64,000 bases of DNA from Acidimicrobiia bacterium (lineage in GTDB: Bacteria; Actinomycetota; Acidimicrobiia; Spongiisociales; ZC4RG35). The notes under the pieces were generated by a model. It ran no database searches. It had not been told where the DNA came from and worked only from the letters and a program-made list of their open reading frames with translations. Where the stretch lies: positions 384,001 to 448,000 of the forward strand of contig OZ244034.1 in NCBI GenBank assembly GCA_965215185.1, written 5' to 3'. Of the stretch, positions 37,211 to 45,569 are shown in pieces. Made by a program: the position numbers and the translations under genes. Positions within the stretch are counted from its first letter, which is position 1. Each line of letters opens with the position of its first letter.

Positions 37211-39163
37211 ATGAACGCGGTGACCAAGACTGGCGATAGATCTGATGGGAGCAGTTGCTTACCGACGCTTCAGATCAGGGAATTGACGTTGTCCCTGGAG
37301 GGAAACGACCCTCATCCCGTGGACTTGGTTCGTAGCGTCAGCCTGGATATTGAGCAAGGCCAATGTCTCGGACTGGTTGGGGAGTCCGGGGCAGGAAAGA
37401 GTCTGACTGCCAAGGCCATTGTGGGACTTCTGCCCAGAGGAATCAATGTTACGAGCGGTTCGATCAGTCTCGGCGGGCACACTCTGACGTCAACTCGTGT
37501 CAACTGGCGAGAGGTTCGAGGCGTTCTGGTTGGAACCATCTTCCAAGACCCCATGTCAAGCCTCAACCCGGTGATGAGAGTGGGGACTCAGGTGCATGAG
37601 GTGATCAAGGCACATCTGACTTTGAATAGGCGTGATCGAGATCAACGAGTGTTCGAGCTGATGGAATCTGTGGAGCTTCGGGGTGACAAGGACTTCCTCT
37701 CGCGTTATCCGCATGAGTTGTCAGGCGGCCAACAACAGAGGGTCGCCATCGCTATGGCAATTGCCTGCGACCCGTTGCTGTTGATCGCCGACGAGGCAAC
37801 CACGGCTCTGGATGTTCGAACACAGGCCCGAATTCTGAAACTGCTTCGTGCCCTCGTGGACGACATGGGATTGAGCATGTTGCTGGTTACCCACGATGTG
37901 GGGGTCATCGCCAGCGTTTCGGATCGATTGGCAGTGCTCTACTCCGGCCGCGTGGTTGAAAGGGGGAAGACTCCGAACGTTCTCTCCAAGCCGCGCCATC
38001 CTTACACGAGTGGTCTCATCGAGAGTTGTCCACTAGACCTAAGGGGCGGGTTCCGCACCGAGGTGCGACCCATCACCGGAACCGCTCCGATCAATTTAGA
38101 GTCGACCTGGGACAATTGCGTCTATGCTCCGCGGTGTTCTCGGGCCGCCAGCAAATGCCGAAGCCACTCTCCCCCGCTCGAAGATTACGGCGAACTACAC
38201 AGCGCCGCCTGCTTCTATCCACTGGGGGATGGACTTGGTGATCACGTTCCTGAGAGACCGGATAAGACACTCGTAGGCCGATCCTCACCATCCACACCGC
38301 TTGCTCTCAAACCGGCGGTCCATGTCGTTGGGTCCTTCTCGGAAGTTGGAGGGGAGTCCGAGAGCAGTAAGGAAGTCATCCTCAAGGCGACGGGGTTGTC
38401 GGTGGCGTACCGGGAAGGACGCGTCGTCTCCTATGGAACCAAAGCTATTCCAGCCGTTCAAGAGTTCAACCTTGAGTTGAGAAGAGCAGAGACTGTTGCG
38501 GTGGTAGGAGAATCGGGGAGTGGAAAGTCGACTGTCGCCCTTTCTCTGATACGGCTGGAGCCGCGTAATGCTCTAGTCCAGGGACGTCGCGAAATCCTTG
38601 GCGCCGATCTTGATGAATTGGGTAAGGGCGCACTTAGAAATATACGGCGCCGAGCACAGATCGTCTTTCAAGATCCTTACGGAAGCCTCAATCCGCGTCG
38701 CAAAGTTGTTGATCTGCTTATGGAAGGTCCTCGGGCGCACGCTCTCGAATCTTCCGATTCTCCTTTGGACCAAGCCGGTCAGTTGCTGGAACGTGTCGGT
38801 TTGGATCCGTCCTTCGCTGATCGTTATCCACATCAAATGTCAGGCGGACAGCGCCAAAGAGTAGCGATAGCTCGAGCACTTTCGGTTGAACCTCAGGTAC
38901 TGATATGCGACGAACCAGTCTCCGCACTGGACGTCAGCGTCCAGGCACAGATACTGGAACTCCTAGCCTCACTCGTTGAGCAAGAGGGGCTGGCATTTGT
39001 CTTCATCACTCATGATCTGGGGGTGATGCACATTGTCGCCGACAGGGTCATTGTCATGAAAGAAGGTAAGACTATTGAGACGGGTGCAGTCGACGAAGTT
39101 CTTACGCAGCCGGACACCCAGTACACCAGAGAGCTCATACAAGCCAGTTTGGTTGTGATATGA
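37211..39163 (+). CDS. Dipeptide/oligopeptide ABC transporter ATP-binding protein, fused DppD-DppF
   Basis: Two Walker A motifs (GESGAGKS, GESGSGKS), LSGGQ and MSGGQ signatures, Cys-rich Opp C-terminal segment between the two domains. Confidence 0.93.
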   Translation: MNAVTKTGDRSDGSSCLPTLQIRELTLSLEGNDPHPVDLVRSVSLDIEQGQCLGLVGESGAGKSLTAKAIVGLLPRGINVTSGSISLGGHTLTSTRVNWREVRGVLVGTIFQDPMSSLNPVMRVGTQVHEVIKAHLTLNRRDRDQRVFELMESVELRGDKDFLSRYPHELSGGQQQRVAIAMAIACDPLLLIADEATTALDVRTQARILKLLRALVDDMGLSMLLVTHDVGVIASVSDRLAVLYSGRVVERGKTPNVLSKPRHPYTSGLIESCPLDLRGGFRTEVRPITGTAPINLESTWDNCVYAPRCSRAASKCRSHSPPLEDYGELHSAACFYPLGDGLGDHVPERPDKTLVGRSSPSTPLALKPAVHVVGSFSEVGGESESSKEVILKATGLSVAYREGRVVSYGTKAIPAVQEFNLELRRAETVAVVGESGSGKSTVALSLIRLEPRNALVQGRREILGADLDELGKGALRNIRRRAQIVFQDPYGSLNPRRKVVDLLMEGPRAHALESSDSPLDQAGQLLERVGLDPSFADRYPHQMSGGQRQRVAIARALSVEPQVLICDEPVSALDVSVQAQILELLASLVEQEGLAFVFITHDLGVMHIVADRVIVMKEGKTIETGAVDEVLTQPDTQYTRELIQASLVVI

Positions 39164-39260
39164 GGCCCTCTGTGAGGCAAGTCGCCCAACCCATCGGGTT
39201 TCACCGCTCTCTCGGTTTCCGTGCGGTGAGCGGCAATACGACTGGTGAAAGGTTGATCTC

Positions 39261-39932
39261 TTGAGCAACGATCCTATGTATAGAACACTCGAAGATTTCG
39301 CCTACAACACCATCCGTGAAGCAATCTTGTTTGGGCAACTGGAAGCGGGACAGCGGATCTTGCTCAAGGATCTGGAAGCCACCTACAGTATCAGCCGCAC
39401 CCCGATTCGGCAAGCTCTAAGACGACTTGCAGAGCGTGGATACGTCACACTGCAACCGCACTCCTCCATGCGAATTCGACCATTAAGCCTCCCCGAAGTC
39501 AATGAGCTTTACGTTCTACGTCAAGCGATTGAACCGATAGCCATGGCCGAAGGTATTCGAGGCGCCGATGACTCCGTGATGGTCCCTCTACTTGCGCTGC
39601 TTGGCGAAATGCATGCTGCGACAGAAAAGGAAGACCGTGTGCCTCTTATAGCGCTCAATACTAAGTTCCATAGATCAATGTATGAGCCCTCGGGAATGGC
39701 TCACCTGCTCTTGATCTACGACAGATTGCTCGGCATATGCGAACGGTATCAGTGGACCCAGGCGAACGCACCCATCGCAGAACTTAGACGAGACCTACAG
39801 CATCACGAAGAAATATTGGATGCTTACCGCGCTAGGAACGAAGATCGGGCAATCGTACTGACTAAGATGCACTTAGAACAGGCCCGTGCGACCATTCTGC
39901 GACACCTGAGTTCTCATGAGGCGCCCGCATAG
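39261..39932 (+). CDS. GntR family transcriptional regulator (FCD domain)
   Basis: IREAILFGQLEAG, SRTPIRQAL, NTKFH, HHEEIL. Confidence 0.92.
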   Translation: MSNDPMYRTLEDFAYNTIREAILFGQLEAGQRILLKDLEATYSISRTPIRQALRRLAERGYVTLQPHSSMRIRPLSLPEVNELYVLRQAIEPIAMAEGIRGADDSVMVPLLALLGEMHAATEKEDRVPLIALNTKFHRSMYEPSGMAHLLLIYDRLLGICERYQWTQANAPIAELRRDLQHHEEILDAYRARNEDRAIVLTKMHLEQARATILRHLSSHEAPA

Positions 39933-41334
39933 CATGAATGAGATGAATCCAGGTTACGACAGGGCATGTCGGGAGTTCGAGGTAGCGAATAGCAAGCTGA
40001 ACGCCTTCATCTCGATATGTCATTCTGCCGCGAATCGCCAGGATCAAACAGGGAAAGACCTAGAGTCCCACTGCTCATGCGGAGACGATCAGGTCACAAC
40101 GTTGGCTGTGAAGGACAACATCGGTCTAGAGGGCTTCCCACTGGCGGCGGGTCTCGGTGTACCGGTACTTGAGAGGGACGAATCGGTCTCCGGGGCGTGG
40201 GTTAAGTGGCTGGTTCGCCAGGGCTTTGCAATTAAGGGCAAGACCAACATGTACGAACTCGGTTACGGAGCTCCGGGCTGTGGGTTGCCGCCGGCTGTGA
40301 ATCCATGGAATCACTCCTTGATCCCTGGCGGCAGTTCAAGCGGCTCTGCCGTGGCCGTTGCTGCAGGGCTCTCCAGTTTGGCTTTAGGGACAGATGCAGC
40401 CGGATCCGTGCGAATTCCAGCCGAGTATTGCGGGGTTCTCTCTTACAAGCCATCTGGGAAACACGCCTGGCATAAGGATGGCGTCTGGCCTGGTCCTTCC
40501 ACCCTGGATGCCATCGGCGTCATGGCTCGTGACATAGGCCTCTTGGCGCAAGCCGTTCCATCCCTGGCCGACCAGGGCGAGGCAGACAACAACGGTACCC
40601 ATGCGCTTTCAGATCCAGGGCGGAAGACCCTGTGCATCGGGATACTGGATCTGGAGAATGAAGAGGTGGATGACGATCACGCTCTCTTGCAGAATGAGGT
40701 GCGCTCCTGGGCGCAGGATGCTGGTTTCTCCACAGTGAGGGTGCAGCTACCAGGTTTAGGTAGCCACGTCCGGGATGCGATCTGGAAGATATTTGCCTAT
40801 GAGTACTCGCGCGCTCTCGAGTCGCATCTGACCGAGGAGGCCAGGGCAGTGCTGTCAGCCCCGTCACTCCAACTGCTTGCGGATGGACCCAAAACCTCTA
40901 CAGAGGAGTATTCGGGGGCCTTGAGCGCCCGGCATCGACTGAAGCAACAATATGCGGAGGAACTAGGCGGTTGTCATGCGGTGGTAACCCCGGTCACTCC
41001 GGTGCGACCGTACTCACTGGCTTGGTCTCGCGCGTTCGCTCAATGCGAGGAAGACAATGTCTCGGGCAGTCCGATCGAGTTGTCAAACGTCGAAGCGTTA
41101 CTGACAAAGAAGACCCGGTATACCGCGCCGATCAACTTGGTCGAGTATCCAACTTTGACTCTTCCTATGCGTCTTCATACCGATGGACTTCCGGTGGGAA
41201 TACAAATCGCCTCAGTCCCTGAAAAGGAGCTTGAGATGTGGAGCATTGCTCGACGGATGTGGCAGGAGCTTTGGCATGAAGGGGTCAAGCTGCATCGGCC
41301 TGGCAAGTTATTTGGAAGCTTTGCGGACATCTAG
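39916..41334 (+). CDS. Amidase signature family enzyme
   Basis: AVKDN, GKTN, NPW, GGSSSGSA, GTDAAGSVRIPA (Ser-Ser-Lys triad); start may be 39934. Confidence 0.88.
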   Translation: MRRPHSMNEMNPGYDRACREFEVANSKLNAFISICHSAANRQDQTGKDLESHCSCGDDQVTTLAVKDNIGLEGFPLAAGLGVPVLERDESVSGAWVKWLVRQGFAIKGKTNMYELGYGAPGCGLPPAVNPWNHSLIPGGSSSGSAVAVAAGLSSLALGTDAAGSVRIPAEYCGVLSYKPSGKHAWHKDGVWPGPSTLDAIGVMARDIGLLAQAVPSLADQGEADNNGTHALSDPGRKTLCIGILDLENEEVDDDHALLQNEVRSWAQDAGFSTVRVQLPGLGSHVRDAIWKIFAYEYSRALESHLTEEARAVLSAPSLQLLADGPKTSTEEYSGALSARHRLKQQYAEELGGCHAVVTPVTPVRPYSLAWSRAFAQCEEDNVSGSPIELSNVEALLTKKTRYTAPINLVEYPTLTLPMRLHTDGLPVGIQIASVPEKELEMWSIARRMWQELWHEGVKLHRPGKLFGSFADI

Positions 41335-41348
41335 AAGGGAGCTTCGAG

Positions 41349-42293
41349 ATTCTTAAGGTATCCGGTCAGCGTTTCCTGCAGGCGATCCCAGTACTGCTGA
41401 TCGCGTCGGCCCTCCTCTTCTTCGCCATGAGGTTGGCGCCGGGTGACCCGGTACTTGCCATGTATGGTGGGCAACCCGGTGTATCAGTTGAAGAGCTCGA
41501 TGCAGCGAGAGAGAGACTTGGTTACAACGATCCGATCGTGGCTCAGTATGGAGTCTGGCTGTCTGACATAGCTAGAGGTGAGCTTGGGAACTCTGTAGTG
41601 AATGGTCTGCCTGTCGAGCAGGTCATCGCCGAGAAGATCTGGCCTTCGGCGCAATTGGCATTTGTCGCGCTGTTCTTGTCAGTCTTCATCGCGGTTCCCG
41701 GTGGCGTCTTGGCAGCACTTCGGCGTGGAAGCCTAATCGACAGGTTCTTGACCGGCTTCGTTAGCGCGGGAATCGCCGTACCACAGTTCTGGCTGGGAAT
41801 TTTGCTGATTTTGGTCCTGGCGATTCAGTTTCAAATCTTCCCGGCGTCTGGCTATGTATCACCGACCGAGGGCCTCGGTCTTTGGGCCATGCACATCGCA
41901 TTGCCTGCTCTAACGCTCGCCATAACTCTCGCGGCGCCCACGATGAGGTTCGTGAGGTCAAGCATGCTTGACGTTCTTTCGGAGCAGTTCGTGGACGTAG
42001 CGAAAGCTAAGGGGCTGTCCGGTCGCCGTGTCATTTGGGTACACGCATTGCGGAATGCTCTGCTGCCAGCGCTGACGATCGTTGGCTTGCAGGCAGGCAC
42101 CCTCATGGGCGGCGCCGTTCTCATCGAATGGGTGTTCGGGTTCCCGGGTTTAGGGTGGCTGTTGGTCAACGCCGTTACCTCAAGAGATTATCCGGTCCTG
42201 CAGGCAGCGCTTCTTCTTTTTGTAACGGCCTTCTTGCTAGTTAATTTCGTTGTTGACCTCCTATATCGAATCCTTGATCCGAGGTTGAGATGA
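41349..42293 (+). CDS. ABC transporter permease (DppB-like)
   Basis: PGDP, PQFWLG, AKAKGL, HALRNA, RDYPVLQ, LDPR. First ATG is at 41427, but the reading frame extends upstream to ATT 41349. Confidence 0.9.
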   Translation: MLKVSGQRFLQAIPVLLIASALLFFAMRLAPGDPVLAMYGGQPGVSVEELDAARERLGYNDPIVAQYGVWLSDIARGELGNSVVNGLPVEQVIAEKIWPSAQLAFVALFLSVFIAVPGGVLAALRRGSLIDRFLTGFVSAGIAVPQFWLGILLILVLAIQFQIFPASGYVSPTEGLGLWAMHIALPALTLAITLAAPTMRFVRSSMLDVLSEQFVDVAKAKGLSGRRVIWVHALRNALLPALTIVGLQAGTLMGGAVLIEWVFGFPGLGWLLVNAVTSRDYPVLQAALLLFVTAFLLVNFVVDLLYRILDPRLR

Positions 42294-43141
42294 GTTTTTG
42301 GAAAACCATGCTCAACCGGGACCGGGTGGCGCTCGCCGCAGCCGTCACACTCGGTTTAATCTGTGTGTTCGCTCTGATATGGCCGTTTGTTAGCCCCTAC
42401 GGCCCTCGAGAAATCCACGCTGAGGCCGCCTTAAGCGGCCCATCAGCCGAGTTTTGGCTGGGCACAGACGACACAGGGCGTGACATGCTGACCCTGCTGG
42501 CTCATGGAGCTCGAATCTCGCTGGGTATCGCGGTGGCAGCAGAGATACTGGCGGTGCTCTCAGGCATCCCGCTGGCAATGATTGCCGGCCTGCTGGGAGG
42601 CATCGTGGACAGCATAATCATGCGTACTACAGATGCTCTTTTGGGGTTCCCGGGTATCTTGATTGGGCTTACGGTCGTCGCCCTGTTCGGAGCATCACTG
42701 ACAACCTTGATGATTGCTATTGCGCTGATGACCGTGCCCTACTTGATCAGAGTTGTCCGCAATGCTGTCGTTGTTGAAAAACAACGGCTTTACGTTGTTT
42801 CCTCAACTGCCCTTGGTGTCAAGACCGGGACATTGCTCCGCCGGACGATACTGCCCAACATCGTTTCGCCGGTGATAGTCCAAGTGTCATTCGGTCTGGC
42901 GGTAGCCATCCTTACAGAAGCGTCATTGGGCTTTTTGGGTCTCAGTGTGCAGCCACCTGCCGCCTCATGGGGAACGCTTCTCCAGGTGGGTTACAGCTAT
43001 ATCCGCATTACACCGTGGCTTGTGACTTTTCCCGGCATTCTGATCTTCGTCAGTGTTTGGGCACTGAACACTCTCGGTGACGCAGGGCGTGATGTCTTGG
43101 ATCCGCGCCTTCGAGATACCTTTGACCGAGGAACCCATTAG
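42290..43141 (+). CDS. ABC transporter permease (DppC-like)
   Basis: WLGTDDTGRD, GARISL, EASLGFLGL, PAASWG, DVLDPR. Confidence 0.92.
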   Translation: MSFWKTMLNRDRVALAAAVTLGLICVFALIWPFVSPYGPREIHAEAALSGPSAEFWLGTDDTGRDMLTLLAHGARISLGIAVAAEILAVLSGIPLAMIAGLLGGIVDSIIMRTTDALLGFPGILIGLTVVALFGASLTTLMIAIALMTVPYLIRVVRNAVVVEKQRLYVVSSTALGVKTGTLLRRTILPNIVSPVIVQVSFGLAVAILTEASLGFLGLSVQPPAASWGTLLQVGYSYIRITPWLVTFPGILIFVSVWALNTLGDAGRDVLDPRLRDTFDRGTH

Positions 43142-43187
43142 GCCGCAGCATCATCGCTGTGGTCATTGAAGGAATGCAGCAGTCGAC

Positions 43188-44207
43188 TTAAGCCGTCATC
43201 TTCTGCAAGTCTTCGTATAAGGCGCGGGGGACAAGTATTCCCTTGCTGGTGGATTCCTGGCGCGCCGCGTAGCGCCGATCAGAAGGTAGGCGGGTTCCGG
43301 GCTGGCTGAGCACCCGACCAAAGAGTTTCTCCGAGTGGCCAAGGGGATCTTGCGGATCTGCATGAAAGTGAGTCGGGTCGATCGCAATGATCAACTCTCC
43401 ACCCAGTGGGGGCATGTCCTCCCGGGGATCCATCTCGGTAGCCTCGAAACTAAATGGGGTGCCAATCAAGGCGCCGGCAAGTAGTTCGACCATCACGGCG
43501 ATAGCAGCGCCCTTATATCCTCCGAACGGCAACTGTGCACCCTTCAAGCCTTCTGCAGCGTCGGAAGTCGGTTCTCCATCGGCGTCGATGGCCCATCCAA
43601 CCGGAATACTTTTCCCATCACGCTGATGGAGCAGGAGTTCTCCCCGGGAAGAGGCACTGGAAGCCTGATCGAACACGAGAGGGGGAGCGCCGTCTCGGGG
43701 CCAACCGAAAGCCATTGGGTTGGTGCCGTAGATCCGTTTGGTTCCGCCAGCTGGAGCCACGAATGCCAGATACTGGGTGAAGGCGAAAGAGACGAAGCCA
43801 CGTTCGGCCAACCATTCCACTTCGGGCCAGAGTGCAGCTACGTGATAGCAGTTGACAATGGCGACGGCGGCAATTCCACTTGCTCTTGCCCTTTTCGCAA
43901 GCTCTTCGATACCCACCTGGATCGCTAGAGGCGCATATCCTCGTTGAGCATCGATCCTCACCAGGCCGGAAGAGATGTCCTGAATCTCGGGAACGGCCGT
44001 TCCGTTTACCTTGCCGTCGGTGAGGCCTCTCGCATAGAACGGCACTCGGAAGAGGCCATGAGCTTTGCAGTCGTCTCGCTCGGCCGCAGTGATGGTTCGA
44101 GCTACAGCATCGGCGTTCTCGGCAGATGCTCCATGGACTCGTAGTGCAGCCTCGGTGACCCGATGGACTTCTTTCAGCGAAATTCTTACTTGGTCATTCT
44201 CAGGCAT
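43188..44207 (-). CDS. Ldh_2 family oxidoreductase (malate/L-lactate/sulfolactate/ureidoglycolate dehydrogenase type)
   Basis: AHGLFRV, GTNPMAFG, FDQASS, GWAIDADG, PFGGYKG. Confidence 0.9.
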   Translation of the reverse strand: MPENDQVRISLKEVHRVTEAALRVHGASAENADAVARTITAAERDDCKAHGLFRVPFYARGLTDGKVNGTAVPEIQDISSGLVRIDAQRGYAPLAIQVGIEELAKRARASGIAAVAIVNCYHVAALWPEVEWLAERGFVSFAFTQYLAFVAPAGGTKRIYGTNPMAFGWPRDGAPPLVFDQASSASSRGELLLHQRDGKSIPVGWAIDADGEPTSDAAEGLKGAQLPFGGYKGAAIAVMVELLAGALIGTPFSFEATEMDPREDMPPLGGELIIAIDPTHFHADPQDPLGHSEKLFGRVLSQPGTRLPSDRRYAARQESTSKGILVPRALYEDLQKMTA

Positions 44208-44304
44208 GTGCAGATCCCTCCTCGCAAAAGCCCTCCATTAGAGCTTACCGGTAGCGTTCCGCCGATGCTATGCCCACACCTATTCTGGTGTTGAAGCCGC
44301 CAAT

Positions 44305-44460
44305 CAGGGAGGCGAGATTGGCGCGAGCGTCTTTCTTGACGTTGGTCGCCACCGCATCTTCCGGATCCGCAATCACCGCATCTGCAGCTGATCGAGATGC
44401 CTTGGCAATCAGATCGGGCCGAGGCTCCGGAGTGAAGAGCATCGATCCGACCGCATCCAC
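44305..44460 (-). pseudogene. Truncated copy of the 5' end of the CitE-like lyase
   Basis: Encodes DAVGSMLFTPEPRPDLIAKASRSAADAVIADPEDAVATNVKKDARANLASL, then unrelated sequence; about 87% nt identity to 31375-31530. Confidence 0.9.
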
Positions 44461-44519
44461 AGCCGGTTTTCCCTTCTTTGCACTCAGATCAGCGTGCCAG
44501 GAAGTCTAGAGTACTGGTC

Positions 44520-45434
44520 ATGGGCTCCATCATGACGGTGACGGGTGAAGTGCGCAGTGATGAAATCGGCGCGGTCTTGATGCATGAGCACATGCTGTGT
44601 GACTTCCACAGGATTTCAAATGCCCTGGATCATCTACTCGATGACGTTGAACTTGTTACCACGGAGCTTGGCCATTTGGATGCCACTCCGGTGCGAACAG
44701 TGGTGGAAATGACGAGTGTTGGATTGGGTAGAGACCTGAAAAGCATGAGAGACATTGCCTTACGTACTGGTCTCAACATTGTTGCCGGCTGTGGTTGGTA
44801 CCGCGACCCTTTCCTTCCACAAGAGGTCTTTGAGACAACTTCAGATGGTCTGGCAGATATTTTGATCTCCGAGATCAATGAAGGGGCTGGCGACGGTGGA
44901 GTCCGGCCAGGAATTATTGGAGAGATCGGTGCCAAGAGGAGTCCGATGTCTCCAGCCGAGGAGCGAGTATTGCGAGCTGGTGGATTTGCGCAGTTGCAAA
45001 CAGGAGTCTCGATTTATACGCATGCGTCCCGGAGCACAGTTGGGCTTGACCAGGCCAAAATCCTGCTCAGCATCGGCGTTCCACCTGAGCGGATCGTTAT
45101 CGGACATGCTGATACGGTGCCCCGGAAGGAGTACTGGTCGCAGTTGCTCGATATGGGTGTCACCCTCGGCTTCGACACGGTAAAACCTGGCTTCCCATAT
45201 GAGTTTGGAGTTCGTGTCGATGGTCTGACGTGGCTGGCTGAGCGAGGATCGATCGATCAGGTTGTAGTTTCCAACGACGTGTGCTATCGATCACATCTTC
45301 GCGCATTCGGCGGCAGTGGTTACCCGTACTGTGTCACAGGCTTCTTCGATTCTCTGCGACAGGTCGGGTTCGGCGACCAGGAGTTTCAAACGATCTTCTA
45401 TGACACCCCGGTTCGACTTCTGCAGCGGCCCTAG
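44520..45434 (+). CDS. Phosphotriesterase-related protein, close paralog of 36284-37198
   Basis: MGSIMTVTG, MHEH, GIIGEIG, YTHA, IGHAD, SND; same length (304 aa) and colinear with the first copy. Confidence 0.92.
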   Translation: MGSIMTVTGEVRSDEIGAVLMHEHMLCDFHRISNALDHLLDDVELVTTELGHLDATPVRTVVEMTSVGLGRDLKSMRDIALRTGLNIVAGCGWYRDPFLPQEVFETTSDGLADILISEINEGAGDGGVRPGIIGEIGAKRSPMSPAEERVLRAGGFAQLQTGVSIYTHASRSTVGLDQAKILLSIGVPPERIVIGHADTVPRKEYWSQLLDMGVTLGFDTVKPGFPYEFGVRVDGLTWLAERGSIDQVVVSNDVCYRSHLRAFGGSGYPYCVTGFFDSLRQVGFGDQEFQTIFYDTPVRLLQRP

Positions 45435-45569
45435 ACATTTGATGTGACTGGGGACGGCAGTGATGGTAAGTGTGTCCAGATCGGGTGTCGTAATCTTGTA
45501 GGCAGGCAGGCCATAGGGTCTGCTGATCTATTGCCGCAAAACAGCCTATCTATGGTCGCATCGTTGCTT

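Noticed and set aside
39195-39235. TCACCGC/GCGGTGA hairpin before gntR
   Set aside because: A 7-bp stem with a long loop and no U-tract is plausible by chance in GC-rich DNA.
31600-45500. Calling the island a transposon, ICE or prophage
   Set aside because: No integrase, transposase, tRNA attachment site or terminal inverted repeats were seen.
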